A stretch of 64,000 bases of DNA, from the IMG/VR virus record IMGVR_UViG_3300027131_000001; one strand, 5' to 3'. Shown piece after piece: positions 52,835 through 63,185 of the stretch (positions within the stretch are counted from its first letter, which is position 1; the number at the start of each line of letters is the position of its first letter). This DNA is from a virus. The notes beneath the pieces were generated by a model. The model saw only the letters and a list, made by a program, of their open reading frames with translations. It did no database searches and was not told where the DNA came from. The position numbers were made by a program, and so were the translations under genes.

Positions 52835-53339
52835 ATTCTGGTACCTTATATTCACGTTTGTATTTCTTACGCTGTCTCATTGCTTGATCATAATGAAACT
52901 TGTTAGCCTTTGATGTATAGATTATACCATCAAGATGATCCATCTCATGCTGTACACATCTCGCTGAGATTCCTGTAAACTTATCTGTATGAGCCTCGCC
53001 ATGTGAATCCATATAACGAATACGAATCAGCTTAGGACGCTTCACTTTAACGAATAAATTAGGATAAGTCAAGCATCCTTCTTCTAAAAGAATCTCTTCC
53101 GTCGATACATCAGCAATAACAGGGTTGAACATAACCTTTGTTGGATTCGACCACAGGACAAATACACGGTAAGGTAGTCCACATTGGTTTGCAGAAAGCC
53201 CCAACCCTTTATAGTGAATCATTGTCTCAATTAGGTTGTTAGCTAACTCATGAGGGTTAGTTGGTTGTTTGTTGAAGTCAAATCTCTCCAACTTTGTCCT
53301 CAATAAAGGATGATCAGGTTTAACTAAGTCTAGTACCAT
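52821..53339 (-). CDS. def: Peptide deformylase
   Basis: GLGLSANQ, EGCLT, QHEMDHLDG. Confidence 0.93.
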   Translation of the reverse strand: MVLDLVKPDHPLLRTKLERFDFNKQPTNPHELANNLIETMIHYKGLGLSANQCGLPYRVFVLWSNPTKVMFNPVIADVSTEEILLEEGCLTYPNLFVKVKRPKLIRIRYMDSHGEAHTDKFTGISARCVQHEMDHLDGIIYTSKANKFHYDQAMRQRKKYKREYKVPEYAEN

Positions 53340-53346
53340 AATATGT

Positions 53347-53541
53347 TTATTCCTTCCAGGTTTTTCCGCACGATACACATCTCTTTACATTCTCTTCAAG
53401 CATCGGTATGTCAGATGATAAAATAGTTCGTTCAGAGCTCTGTATACGAATATCACAATCGTCTCTTATGCACTTAGGACCACCATCAACATATTCAGCT
53501 AATAATGTTTTTACAGGTTTACCAGATTCGAATTGGCTCAT
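53347..53541 (-). CDS. Small Cys-containing protein
   Basis: CxxxxC...CxxC. Confidence 0.55.
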   Translation of the reverse strand: MSQFESGKPVKTLLAEYVDGGPKCIRDDCDIRIQSSERTILSSDIPMLEENVKRCVSCGKTWKE

Positions 53542-55253
53542 TTTGATATCCTTGAAAAGTTTTTATGTTTCTCGAATTTGATCAGAGAATGAAACTTATC
53601 AAACAACTGATCACCTTTGTGACTTATGATAAACAAATTAGTATCAGCCGTAAGTGTACTGATAATTTTAAGGAACTCCTCTGTTCCGTTATTGTCAAGT
53701 GAGCTGTCAAACACTTCGTCCATAATCAAAAGGTTGGTAGAAGCAGAGTTGCGCAGTTTACTAATTGCTCTCCAAGTGAAAAGAAGTGCTAAGTCAATAC
53801 GCATCTTCTCACCTTCGCTAAATGACTCGTAACTAAAGTCATCTCTATGTCTAGACTTAATTGTTTCTTCAAAGTTCTCGTTCAATTCGAATGCAACAAA
53901 GAAGTCCATTGCAGCAAGATACTTGTTAACAAGTTTGTTTATTACAGGTATATATTGCTTGATAATCTTAGTCTTGACACCAGAGTCTTTGAGAAGAACA
54001 GACGCAACATCAAGTACTGCTTTCTCTTTTGTAAGATCTTCTTTTGATTGCAATGCTGCTCTTAGTTGCTCTTTAAGAACCTTTAACTCTTCAGTATTAG
54101 TATCAATCTGTTTGTTGTTTGTCTTTAGGTTAGTAATCTCTGTTTGAATACCAGTAGCCATTGACATCCATATTTTAATCTGAATGTTGCCATCTGTTAC
54201 CCTTCTATTAAGAGTGGATATTTGAGTATTGATATTGGCAATCTCTGTCAATCTATTTTCAATTGCTTCTATCTCAACCAACATCTTTTGTTTGCCTTCT
54301 TCTATCTCAGCAACTTGTTTATGATTCTTTTCAACAATCTCACTTTTGTGTTGATGAGCAATTCCCTGACGGCAAGTAGGACAATCATCACTCTCGTAGA
54401 AAAAGTCAAGTTCTTTTTTGATCTTGTCTAGCTTGCTGTCTAATTGTCTATTTAATAATGCAAACTTATTTGACTTAGAGATAACTTTGTTATGATCGTC
54501 AATACTTTTACTGAGTAGATCTATCTGGCCCTGCAGGGTAGTTGCAAATTCATTAGCAGAATTAACTTGACTATTGAGCTCATCTAATTGTACTTGCTTT
54601 TGCTCAACAATCTGATCATTATTCTGCTTCAACGACTCGATATGCTTCTTGTACAATTCAATCTTCTCAGCGGATCCTTTGATCTCATAATCAACCTGAT
54701 AAAGAGAAGTTCTGTTAATGGTAATCTTGTCTTTTAGCAACGAATTCATTGTAGAAAAGATTTGAATGTCTAATAGGTCTTCAATAATCTCTCTACGGTG
54801 CGATGCAGGTAGCTGCATGAACGGAGTGAAAGAAGCACTACCGAGAATAACAATCTGCTGAAACGATTTAAAGTTCAGCTTAAGAACATTACTCTCCAAG
54901 TACTCCTGATACTCTCTTGCTTCGGAATTCTGATTGATGATGTTACCATCTTGCAGTATCTCAAATACAGACGGCTTATGACCTCGTCTAATCAGGTACT
55001 GTCTATTACCAATCTTAAACTCCAACTCAACCAACATACCTTTTCTGTTAATTGAGTTTACTAGCTGTGGCTTATTGATCTTGCGGAATGGCTTACCGAA
55101 TAGACCAAAGCAAACAGCATCAAGAATGGTGCTCTTTCCAGCACCATTCTCTCCCACTATTAAAGTAGACTTGGACTTTATAAAGTTTATCTCAGTCCAT
55201 ACATCTCCAGTAGATAGAAGATTCTTCCATCTTACTTTTTGAAACAATATCAT
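53538..55253 (-). CDS. Recombination endonuclease ATPase subunit (gp46/SbcC-like)
   Basis: GENGAGKST, CPTC zinc hook, FSEGEKMR, MDEVFD. Confidence 0.96.
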   Translation of the reverse strand: MILFQKVRWKNLLSTGDVWTEINFIKSKSTLIVGENGAGKSTILDAVCFGLFGKPFRKINKPQLVNSINRKGMLVELEFKIGNRQYLIRRGHKPSVFEILQDGNIINQNSEAREYQEYLESNVLKLNFKSFQQIVILGSASFTPFMQLPASHRREIIEDLLDIQIFSTMNSLLKDKITINRTSLYQVDYEIKGSAEKIELYKKHIESLKQNNDQIVEQKQVQLDELNSQVNSANEFATTLQGQIDLLSKSIDDHNKVISKSNKFALLNRQLDSKLDKIKKELDFFYESDDCPTCRQGIAHQHKSEIVEKNHKQVAEIEEGKQKMLVEIEAIENRLTEIANINTQISTLNRRVTDGNIQIKIWMSMATGIQTEITNLKTNNKQIDTNTEELKVLKEQLRAALQSKEDLTKEKAVLDVASVLLKDSGVKTKIIKQYIPVINKLVNKYLAAMDFFVAFELNENFEETIKSRHRDDFSYESFSEGEKMRIDLALLFTWRAISKLRNSASTNLLIMDEVFDSSLDNNGTEEFLKIISTLTADTNLFIISHKGDQLFDKFHSLIKFEKHKNFSRISK

Positions 55254-55254
55254 A

Positions 55255-56310
55255 TTATGTTGATTCTAAATTGATCGCCTCATTATACAGATCTCTTAAC
55301 AATAAGTCAAGCATTTTCTTATCAGCCTTGGTATCGATCTGTGCACAGAACTTAGAAAGAAGAGTCATTGTATCCTCCGCACTCTCCAATATATCATCAT
55401 TATCTTCAAGGTCCATGTGAAGATGGTCTTCAACTACTTGTAGATCTGCAGGACCAGCTTTCTCCAATCTATCAATCAGCATATCAAAGTTAGCTTGGTT
55501 CTCTTTGGTTTGAACAATTACTTTAACAAAGCAATCTTTTAAGTATTGATATTCGTATGCTTCAGCTTGGAACTGATCGTTAAAGAATATCTTATAGAAC
55601 ATCTTGTTAGGATTTTCTATGAATTCCAGCTCCCTAGTTTCCGTATCGAAGATGTGAAACCCTCTCGGATCTTGGTAATCAGCCCAGGTAAGCTCGTAAG
55701 GGTTTCCAAGATAATGAATATTCCCATTATTTGAACGATGGTGAAAATGCCCAGAACAAACAAGGTCAAACCTGTTGAATATCTTTGAATCAAATCCATG
55801 ATCATTTACTTGCCCCTTATACATTTGAAAACCAGCTAGCTCTAGATGACCAAAGCAAACAGTTGCGCTTGTATCTTTGATTATCGCCATTGAATCTTCG
55901 TAGTTGTCAGTACAGATCCAAGGAAGGATCAGTATATCAAGACCAGCATATGTCAACTCTACCGGTCTATCATATCCAGATATATTATCATACTGTTGCA
56001 GTAACAATCCTGGTGAGTTGATGTCGTTAGTGTTTTTGTAAAACACATCATGGTTACCAATGATTACATCTAGCTTAATACCAAGATCAAACATAGGATC
56101 AAAGAAGTATTTACGGCAATTACGCAGCGTTAAGTAGTTTATATACTTGCGCCTGTCGAACATATCCCCAAGATGGATTACGTTCCTTATACCGCGTTCT
56201 ACCAGTGTAGGAAAGAAGGTTTCTGTGTAGAATTTATCAAACTGTTTATCAAATGCTAAATGATCCCCTCTTGCCCCGAAGTGGGTATCTGTCACCAATG
56301 CAATCTTCAT
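55255..56310 (-). CDS. Recombination endonuclease nuclease subunit (gp47/SbcD-like)
   Basis: DTHFG, GDMFD, GNHD, GHFH. Confidence 0.95.
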   Translation of the reverse strand: MKIALVTDTHFGARGDHLAFDKQFDKFYTETFFPTLVERGIRNVIHLGDMFDRRKYINYLTLRNCRKYFFDPMFDLGIKLDVIIGNHDVFYKNTNDINSPGLLLQQYDNISGYDRPVELTYAGLDILILPWICTDNYEDSMAIIKDTSATVCFGHLELAGFQMYKGQVNDHGFDSKIFNRFDLVCSGHFHHRSNNGNIHYLGNPYELTWADYQDPRGFHIFDTETRELEFIENPNKMFYKIFFNDQFQAEAYEYQYLKDCFVKVIVQTKENQANFDMLIDRLEKAGPADLQVVEDHLHMDLEDNDDILESAEDTMTLLSKFCAQIDTKADKKMLDLLLRDLYNEAINLEST

Positions 56311-56311
56311 G

Positions 56312-56851
56312 TTACTCCTCTACGAAGTTCTCAATACCGACCTTTTGTGCTGGCTTACGTTTCTTTTCTAATCCTAATTCAAACGCTTTCACAAAGTCAT
56401 CCATCTTTTCTGTATCCATCATATTGTTAACTGGCGAGCCACCAAAGTCATCACCCTCTTGTACATCGTACAGCTCATCCGTAATAGCAAAATTCCTAAA
56501 CACCTGGTGCTTGATATACAGATGTTTCTTTTCTTTTTGTATTCGTCTTAGAAAGGCAAAGTAGATAATCTGTGTGAAGTAGGCAAATGGATTAGTTGAT
56601 TTCTCAGGATCAAAATTATCAATATACATGATACAGTTCTCAACACCGTCCGATATCATCTCATCTTTGTAAGAGTAGTTGATAAAGTTAGGTTTAGTTG
56701 CCAACCTGTTAGCAATCATTAGGATACAGCTACCAATATAGTTTGGAATGATTGGCTTTGGCCTTCCTTCTTCTGCTGCTAGCTTAATATTCTCTCTGTG
56801 CTTTTTGATAGCTTCGAAGAACGTCTTATTGTCAATGTAGTGTTGAGCCAT
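56312..56851 (-). CDS. Late transcription sigma factor (gp55-like)
   Basis: HYIDNK...PNFINYSYKDEMISDG...NPFAYFTQI...RRIQKEKK. Confidence 0.95.
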   Translation of the reverse strand: MAQHYIDNKTFFEAIKKHRENIKLAAEEGRPKPIIPNYIGSCILMIANRLATKPNFINYSYKDEMISDGVENCIMYIDNFDPEKSTNPFAYFTQIIYFAFLRRIQKEKKHLYIKHQVFRNFAITDELYDVQEGDDFGGSPVNNMMDTEKMDDFVKAFELGLEKKRKPAQKVGIENFVEE

Positions 56852-56852
56852 A

Positions 56853-57260
56853 TCAGTGCATCTTATCGTTAGTGAAATTACTAAGGAGTGACGCCATTAA
56901 TTCAGCTGGTGTCATCTCCGCTTGCTCTTCTATTGACTGCTCTTCAGCAGCAACTTGTTCGAGTTCTTGGTCAATGTTATCATCGACATATTTGATATGG
57001 TTTGTCATAACATGGCTGTAGTAACCAGCCATTGATTCTCTTGCTTCTACCGAGTTAATTATATCTCTGCTTTTAAAGGATAACTCTCTACTTTTAGCAA
57101 AAGGCATGTAGCGTAACAATCCAATGATTGGCTTGTCTGTTCTTTGAGACATCATGTAGTGGATAGAAAAAGGTTGGTTGATCACTATGTGTTCGGATGA
57201 CTCTGCAACTACTTCACCAATAATTTCATGATCATTAACGAGCTTTATTATTTTTATCAT
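56853..57260 (-). CDS. Sm-like conserved hypothetical protein
   Basis: IIKLVNDHEIIG; typical position between uvsW and gp55. Confidence 0.65.
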   Translation of the reverse strand: MIKIIKLVNDHEIIGEVVAESSEHIVINQPFSIHYMMSQRTDKPIIGLLRYMPFAKSRELSFKSRDIINSVEARESMAGYYSHVMTNHIKYVDDNIDQELEQVAAEEQSIEEQAEMTPAELMASLLSNFTNDKMH

Positions 57261-57262
57261 CT

Positions 57263-58699
57263 TTATCCTTTGAGTGGGATTACGTACGTCTTATACTCAA
57301 ACTTCTCTTCATTATATATTTTAATTCGCTCAACAAAATGATTTAGTGTATGATTCCTACTTTGCTTCCATTGCAAGTCGTCAGCTATATCGTATAGACA
57401 TGCTTTCTCTTTATTGTTCCCGAGTCTAAGTCCCCGGCCGATTGATTGGAGATTCCTGACCCTTGATTTTGAAGGTGAAGCGAAAATGATATTGTGCAAG
57501 TTCTTAATATTGACGCCAGTAGAAAAAGTACCATAAGAAGCGACAATAATCGAATCAACTTCCAGCTCCACAGATCTTCTAATATCATCTCTATCCGCAC
57601 CATTAACCGTACCAGAGACGAAGTAAATCTGTCTACCATCTGCTTTATTTTTAATCTCATCATATATTGCCTTACCGTGTTTGTCAACATACTGATACAA
57701 AACTAACGTGTTACCCTTCAACGATATCGCCAGGTTGCATATGAACTTGTTTCTCGGAAGATGATTGACAAGGAAATTCATCTCATCCGGATATGTAGCT
57801 TTCTTCATCAACTGTCTTGTTTCTTGATCATAGTCAAGTATTACAGCTTTAATTTTGAACTCTGAGAGGTGCTTCTGTTCAATCAATTCAGATGTTGTTG
57901 TTACCTTTTTAACTGTTCCGAATAATCCTTCTAGCACTAGCTTATGGGTTTGTGATCCATCTAATGTACCAGTAAATCCAAAGCGGTATTTGCAACTGCT
58001 CAGACTCTTCATTATAGTTGAAAGGGAGTTTGCTTTGAACAGGTGAGCCTCGTCTCCTATTACACAATCAAACTGATCAAACCACTTCTTGGGTTGCTTG
58101 TATATTGATTGCCAAGTTGATATGAATATTTGCTTGTCTTCATCCTTTTCTTGACCAGAGAAGATCATATGGCAGTTTTGTTTTGAATCGAATCCGTACT
58201 CTTCAAAGTCAGAATACATTTGATGAACAAGCGAGGTTGTAGGTACAATCAACAAAGTCTTTACATTATAGTATCTGCAAAGCATGTAGATAATTAATGA
58301 CTTACCAGACGCTGTTGGTGATAAAAGCAATGATCTTCTTTTTCTTATTGCATGGGCAAATGCAGCAAGCTGATAATCACGTGGCTCTTTGGTGAGGTTG
58401 AAGCTGGAAACAATATCGGAAACGGTATCAATTACATCATCAGAGAAGTCTGTTAACCTCTCACACTGGTATGTGTTTTGCTTTGCAAAGTCTTCAACAT
58501 ATTCAATCAGTCCAGCATATATGTGATGGGTGCCAGAGTTGAATAGTCTTATCTTACCATCCCACTTCTTTTTTCTTACAGACGGAATAAAACGAGCACC
58601 AGGTACTTCAAAAGTAAAGTAATCACTAAGCTCTCTTGCAATATCATCACTGCAATGAATCTTATTGTACGTCTCGTTAAACTTTTCTATCTGTATCAT
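57263..58699 (-). CDS. uvsW: SF2 helicase
   Basis: PTASGKS, GDEAH, TGT, QSIGRGLR. Confidence 0.95.
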   Translation of the reverse strand: MIQIEKFNETYNKIHCSDDIARELSDYFTFEVPGARFIPSVRKKKWDGKIRLFNSGTHHIYAGLIEYVEDFAKQNTYQCERLTDFSDDVIDTVSDIVSSFNLTKEPRDYQLAAFAHAIRKRRSLLLSPTASGKSLIIYMLCRYYNVKTLLIVPTTSLVHQMYSDFEEYGFDSKQNCHMIFSGQEKDEDKQIFISTWQSIYKQPKKWFDQFDCVIGDEAHLFKANSLSTIMKSLSSCKYRFGFTGTLDGSQTHKLVLEGLFGTVKKVTTTSELIEQKHLSEFKIKAVILDYDQETRQLMKKATYPDEMNFLVNHLPRNKFICNLAISLKGNTLVLYQYVDKHGKAIYDEIKNKADGRQIYFVSGTVNGADRDDIRRSVELEVDSIIVASYGTFSTGVNIKNLHNIIFASPSKSRVRNLQSIGRGLRLGNNKEKACLYDIADDLQWKQSRNHTLNHFVERIKIYNEEKFEYKTYVIPLKG

Positions 58700-59130
58700 A
58701 GACCCATCTTAAACCGTTCCCATTCAATCGCATTTTTTATTAAATATCCACGATTGTTGAGTGTTTTTATTATGTTCTCAAGAATTTCTATCTTATCTTC
58801 CGTTAACTGTATCTTATTTTTAATTAACTGAAGATCTTCATCTGACTCAATGTATACAGGAATATCTGCTTTCAAAATCTTTAATGGCTGGATGTCCCAT
58901 CCATGCTCTTCTTGTTCTTCTTTTGAAAGAATACCCTGATAGTATTGATATTTTAATCTGTACGTGTTTTTATAATCTTGATTGAGTTTTACATATGTTG
59001 TCTTAGCCATGTAGAACTCTTTCAGGTATTTGGAGTGAAGTTGAGGAATCCGCAAAGACTCTTTACCGAGCTCGGTCTTATCAATCTCGCTATCTGTTTC
59101 CCATGCTGTAATAATTTCATCGGTCTTCAT
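58696..59130 (-). CDS. uvsY: Recombination mediator
   Basis: IPQLHSKY...NNRGYLIKNAIEWERF. Confidence 0.9.
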   Translation of the reverse strand: MKTDEIITAWETDSEIDKTELGKESLRIPQLHSKYLKEFYMAKTTYVKLNQDYKNTYRLKYQYYQGILSKEEQEEHGWDIQPLKILKADIPVYIESDEDLQLIKNKIQLTEDKIEILENIIKTLNNRGYLIKNAIEWERFKMGL

Positions 59131-59150
59131 TTGTCCTCCTGCAGGACACA

Positions 59151-59179
59151 ATTGTCTTACATATTATTATAAAAGTCAA
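59151..59179 (-). promoter_or_regulatory. Sigma70-type promoter for uvsY
   Basis: TTGACT-17 nt-GACAAT. Confidence 0.5.
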
Positions 59180-59180
59180 C

Positions 59181-59711
59181 TCAAATCATATTAATTGTGT
59201 ACTTAATATACTCAAATGTAACAGAGGTTTCAAGATAGTTTACACCGGATGCTGTTGTGTTGAAGTTCAGTTCTCCGAGCTGAGACGGGAAGGCATCAGT
59301 AAAGTTAACTTCAATGTTCGGATTCTTTGAACTTGTAAGAATCATTAGCTTAATATCTGACCTATCTCTACCATTGACGTCCGAATCAATAGATGTCTGA
59401 GCTTGGTATCTTGCAAACGGTTGTAGATCTTTTGCAGCAAGAGATAACATCCAATTGTATATTTCTAGATAATTGGTCATATCTTCATCAACCATGAATG
59501 ACACAGTTAGTGGTGAATACACAAGACGTTCACCAGGGATTGGAATATCAAGAAGAGGAGTTGGCATGATTACATTGCCAGCAAATGTCAATCCTGGAAT
59601 GGATGCACTTTGCAAAAAGAAGTTAAGAAGAGGAGCTTTCTGCAGCACCAATCTAAAGTTTAGAGGTGAGAGAAAGTTTCTATTTGTTGGGGTGTTTGTT
59701 AATGCACTCAT
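59181..59711 (-). CDS. Tail completion protein (gp3-like)
   Basis: NFLSPLNF...FMVDEDMTNYLEIYNW...AFPSQL. Confidence 0.85.
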   Translation of the reverse strand: MSALTNTPTNRNFLSPLNFRLVLQKAPLLNFFLQSASIPGLTFAGNVIMPTPLLDIPIPGERLVYSPLTVSFMVDEDMTNYLEIYNWMLSLAAKDLQPFARYQAQTSIDSDVNGRDRSDIKLMILTSSKNPNIEVNFTDAFPSQLGELNFNTTASGVNYLETSVTFEYIKYTINMI

Positions 59712-59743
59712 AGTAGTATTCCTTTCTACTATTTATGTTAGGC

Positions 59744-59772
59744 AAAAAAAGAGAGGACCCGAAGGTCCTCTC
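59744..59772 (-). terminator. Intrinsic terminator after the major capsid gene
   Basis: GAGAGGACC-TTCG-GGTCCTCTC followed by T7. Confidence 0.92.
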
Positions 59773-59797
59773 AATATCCCTCTGCGGGGATTCTTGA

Positions 59798-61129
59798 TTA
59801 CATCAAGTTGTCAACTAAGATTCTTCTGTAGTAAACGTTAGAGTCTTTTGTCAATGCGCCAAGGCCAGCTGTTGCGCCTTCTGCATATGGGTTTGCAACC
59901 ATACCGTAACGAGTCTTGAAACCAATCTTAGGTTGGAAGCTATCTGGATCAACAGCACGAACCATTTGTAGAGGAACGTATGGGCAGTAGAACAAGCCAG
60001 CGTCAAATGCGCTAGAACCTTTGTAACCTACAACCATATAGTTGCCACCAGCATATGGGTCGATGTAAACACGAACACGTCCGTTTAACACACCAGCAAA
60101 TGTATTGCCTGTGTCATCAACGTTCAAGTTGTTGCTGTTTAGAGCAGGAGTGTAATCTAGAACACCAGCCATTTGAAGAGCAGAAGCTACATCAGATGAA
60201 CAGATGATCATGTTACCCTTACCACGTCTTGTTGCTTTAGCGATTTGGTTTGCTTCACGTTCAACTTGGAACATCAAACCTTTGAACTTCTCAACTGACC
60301 AACGACCGTTAGAGTCTGTATCTAAGTCGAAACGACCAACTGTTGTTGTATTCTCAGTAGCACCACGTGTAGCAGTGATATTGATTGTACGAACAACTTC
60401 ACGGTTAATTTCAGCAAGAATCTCAGCAGATAGAATGTTAGACAATTCTGTTTCTGCGTCTAGACCATGGATTGCTTTCAAGTCTTGTGCAAGTTCCATT
60501 GTGTATTCTGCTTTCAAAGCACGTGATTTAGCTGTAACAGTAACTTTCTCGATAGAGAATGCCATCTCAGCAAATGCAACGTTGCCAGAAGTACCAAGTG
60601 CTTCTGATTGTGCTGTAGACATACCAGAACCGAAGTTATAGATGCCTGTTTCAGCCAAGTTAGCTGTACCACTTGTTGTGTTACCTGGAACAGTACCAAC
60701 CATCTTCTGGCCAAGTGTGTTAGCACCTGAAACAACAGAGGTGAATGATGTGTTAACTTCGTTGTAGAAGTTTTCAACACCAGCGTTAGAGCTGTTGCTG
60801 TACTTAGAACGCATTGCGAAGATCAAGCCTGTTGGGCCTGTCATTGGTTGTACGCCGCAGATGTCATAAGCAATCAAGTTAGGCATTGCACGACGAACCA
60901 AGCTGATTAAAACTGGATCGAACGTATCAATGTCATTACCTGTTTGGTTAGCAGGTGCTGCTTCTGTCAATGTTTGTGGAACATAGTGATTAGCTTCGCG
61001 AAGAGCTTTTTCTGTATTCTCTAGAATAACAGCTGTTACACTTCTACGGTGCGTATCTTTGATAGGGGCCAAGTCTGGGTGAGCCAGGATTGGCTCCCAC
61101 TTTCTTTGGATGTCTTCTTGTAAGTTCAT
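59798..61129 (-). CDS. Major capsid protein (gp23-like)
   Basis: GVQPMTGPTGLIFAMR, KSRALKAEYT, FYCPYVPL, GFKTRYG. Confidence 0.98.
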   Translation of the reverse strand: MNLQEDIQRKWEPILAHPDLAPIKDTHRRSVTAVILENTEKALREANHYVPQTLTEAAPANQTGNDIDTFDPVLISLVRRAMPNLIAYDICGVQPMTGPTGLIFAMRSKYSNSSNAGVENFYNEVNTSFTSVVSGANTLGQKMVGTVPGNTTSGTANLAETGIYNFGSGMSTAQSEALGTSGNVAFAEMAFSIEKVTVTAKSRALKAEYTMELAQDLKAIHGLDAETELSNILSAEILAEINREVVRTINITATRGATENTTTVGRFDLDTDSNGRWSVEKFKGLMFQVEREANQIAKATRRGKGNMIICSSDVASALQMAGVLDYTPALNSNNLNVDDTGNTFAGVLNGRVRVYIDPYAGGNYMVVGYKGSSAFDAGLFYCPYVPLQMVRAVDPDSFQPKIGFKTRYGMVANPYAEGATAGLGALTKDSNVYYRRILVDNLM

Positions 61130-61159
61130 GTGGATCTCCTTAGAGGGTTAATATGATTT

Positions 61160-61167
61160 TATTTATA
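61160..61167 (-). promoter_or_regulatory. T4-type late promoter
   Basis: TATAAATA upstream of gp23. Confidence 0.75.
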
Positions 61168-62134
61168 CTTTTGAATTTCGCGCGATTGAATTATAGTAGC
61201 GTTTAATTCCTGCATCTTGGAAAGAAACTTGAGTTTCTTCATTTAGATCGTTGTTACCAATCGCTTCTTCTTCTTCTCTGATGTCTTGAGCTGCTGGTTT
61301 TGATGGGAAATAGTTCTCCTTAACAAGAACTAACTTTCTCATATAGTTGTCTGATCCGTCAAAGTCAATACCCTCTGCTAGCTGACGAAGTTTTTCAACT
61401 TGTGTCATAACTAGGCCTTCTGCTACTTGATCAAAGATTTCGTGCTTTGAGTATTCGCTAATTGATTTAGACAGCTCAATGTTTTCATTAATCTGTGCAT
61501 TCAATTTGTCTTCTAGTTGCTCAACAGTTGCTGTCAACTCTTCCAACACGTTCAATTTGTCTTCTGGAATCTCGATATAGTTTTCAGCAAATAGCTTCTT
61601 CATACCTTCCATGAACTCTTCTGTGATTTCTGTTCTTAGAGAATGCTCAATAGCAACTTCGTTTTCTGCCATCCACTGCTCAACACAATAGTCGAGATAG
61701 TCATCTAGTTTAGACGACATCTCAGTAGTAACTTCTTCAAGAGCTTCTTCTAGTTTTGTTGAGTATTGTTCTTCTAGATCTGCGATTTCTTCAGCAATGC
61801 GTACTTGAACAGCAGCTTCGAAAATAGTAGATGCTTTTTCTTTGAAGTCTTCGGAAAGATCTTCTCCGTTAAACATTGCGTCGATATGCTCTTTCATTGC
61901 TGCGCCTTTCATTGCAACGGATGCTTTATTCTGAGCAGACATATCACCAGTTGGAGCTGTGTTGTTTTGTGGATCAGTTTCTTCCTGATCACCAGCTACT
62001 GACTGAGGATTCATGTCGCCTTGACTTTTAGAATTAGGCAGTGTGGTTTTTTTAGTGCCAGCATCAGGAACCATAGAGACTCCTGTAGCGCCACCACCCA
62101 CTGTTAATTCATCTAATTGTTTTCTTGTTGCCAT
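61163..62134 (-). CDS. Prohead core scaffold (gp22-like)
   Basis: LSEDFKEKASTIFEAAV, acidic coiled coil, KENYF. Confidence 0.93.
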   Translation of the reverse strand: MATRKQLDELTVGGGATGVSMVPDAGTKKTTLPNSKSQGDMNPQSVAGDQEETDPQNNTAPTGDMSAQNKASVAMKGAAMKEHIDAMFNGEDLSEDFKEKASTIFEAAVQVRIAEEIADLEEQYSTKLEEALEEVTTEMSSKLDDYLDYCVEQWMAENEVAIEHSLRTEITEEFMEGMKKLFAENYIEIPEDKLNVLEELTATVEQLEDKLNAQINENIELSKSISEYSKHEIFDQVAEGLVMTQVEKLRQLAEGIDFDGSDNYMRKLVLVKENYFPSKPAAQDIREEEEAIGNNDLNEETQVSFQDAGIKRYYNSIARNSKV

Positions 62135-62160
62135 TTATAACTCCTTAAATGTTCTTTTAT

Positions 62161-62168
62161 TATTTATA
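62161..62168 (-). promoter_or_regulatory. T4-type late promoter
   Basis: TATAAATA upstream of gp22. Confidence 0.75.
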
Positions 62169-62178
62169 TTTTAAATTC

Positions 62179-62826
62179 TTACAGTGAGCGAAGGAATTCT
62201 GAGAAGACTTTAATCTTCTGTTCTTCTAGATTGCGGCTAGAAGTCTTTTGAATTTCTTTTTTCATTTCTTCAAGACGCTGTGCCTTGAGAATACCATTGT
62301 CCCAAACCCATTCTACTCCCTCCATGATGCCTCTTACGAATGCCTCAGGAGCTGATGGATCTGCAACGATATCAGCAGCAGTGGCAAGATGAAAGTCATC
62401 CTGTACTTCATTGATACCTTCTCTGTTTGCAACAAGAGAGCCCATACCTCTTGAAGAAACACCAAGCTTTGCACCTTCACTCATCAAGTTTTTAACAATT
62501 TGACCATAAGGAGTATCCATAATCTTTGCTCTGCCAACAAAGTTAGATCCTTCTTTGACTAACTTTTGTGTCATGTGCGAGACACGCTCAAGGTTAATAT
62601 TAGGACCAGATGGATGACCTAATTCGCCAAACGCTCTGTTCTCTTTAACATACTCTGTATTATATCTATTGACTTCTCTCTCAAGAATGTTACTCTTATA
62701 CATTCTACCGTTACGGTTAGGTAAGTCGGCTTGCATGAAGATGCCTTCAATAAAGTAGTGATTCTTACCTTCTTTTTCTTCTACAAGAAAATTTACACTC
62801 TCGTTAACTTCGCACATGAGCTTCAT
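62179..62826 (-). CDS. Prohead protease (gp21-like)
   Basis: NRNGRMY, GELGHP, GVSSRGMGS, DIVADPSAP. Confidence 0.96.
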   Translation of the reverse strand: MKLMCEVNESVNFLVEEKEGKNHYFIEGIFMQADLPNRNGRMYKSNILEREVNRYNTEYVKENRAFGELGHPSGPNINLERVSHMTQKLVKEGSNFVGRAKIMDTPYGQIVKNLMSEGAKLGVSSRGMGSLVANREGINEVQDDFHLATAADIVADPSAPEAFVRGIMEGVEWVWDNGILKAQRLEEMKKEIQKTSSRNLEEQKIKVFSEFLRSL

Positions 62827-62837
62827 CTTAGTTCCTC

Positions 62838-63185
62838 TTAATATTCGCTAGTGAATGTAGATACTTTTTGGAAATCAATAATAAGTGTACTATTTGCTGA
62901 TGTACAATTTACAACCACATTAGCTGATGGATCTACTTGAATAGATGCTCCGTTGCCTGCAAAATCTAAGTATACTGATGTCTCGGCAAAAAGTATATTA
63001 TTAGCTCCACGTGCTATTTTCCAAAAACCACTATCTAGTCCATACCATACTTGGTTAATATGAAGACCAGTAACTGTTTCCCCAGCAATACCGGAGTTTG
63101 CTGAAGCTACTGTTAATTCTGTGTTAGATGTAAAAAGGACAACAAACTTGCCGCCCTTTTGGTTAATTAATGTTCTACTCGCCAT
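62838..63185 (-). CDS. Hypothetical head-cluster protein
   Basis: ORF within the head operon. Confidence 0.6.
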   Translation of the reverse strand: MASRTLINQKGGKFVVLFTSNTELTVASANSGIAGETVTGLHINQVWYGLDSGFWKIARGANNILFAETSVYLDFAGNGASIQVDPSANVVVNCTSANSTLIIDFQKVSTFTSEY

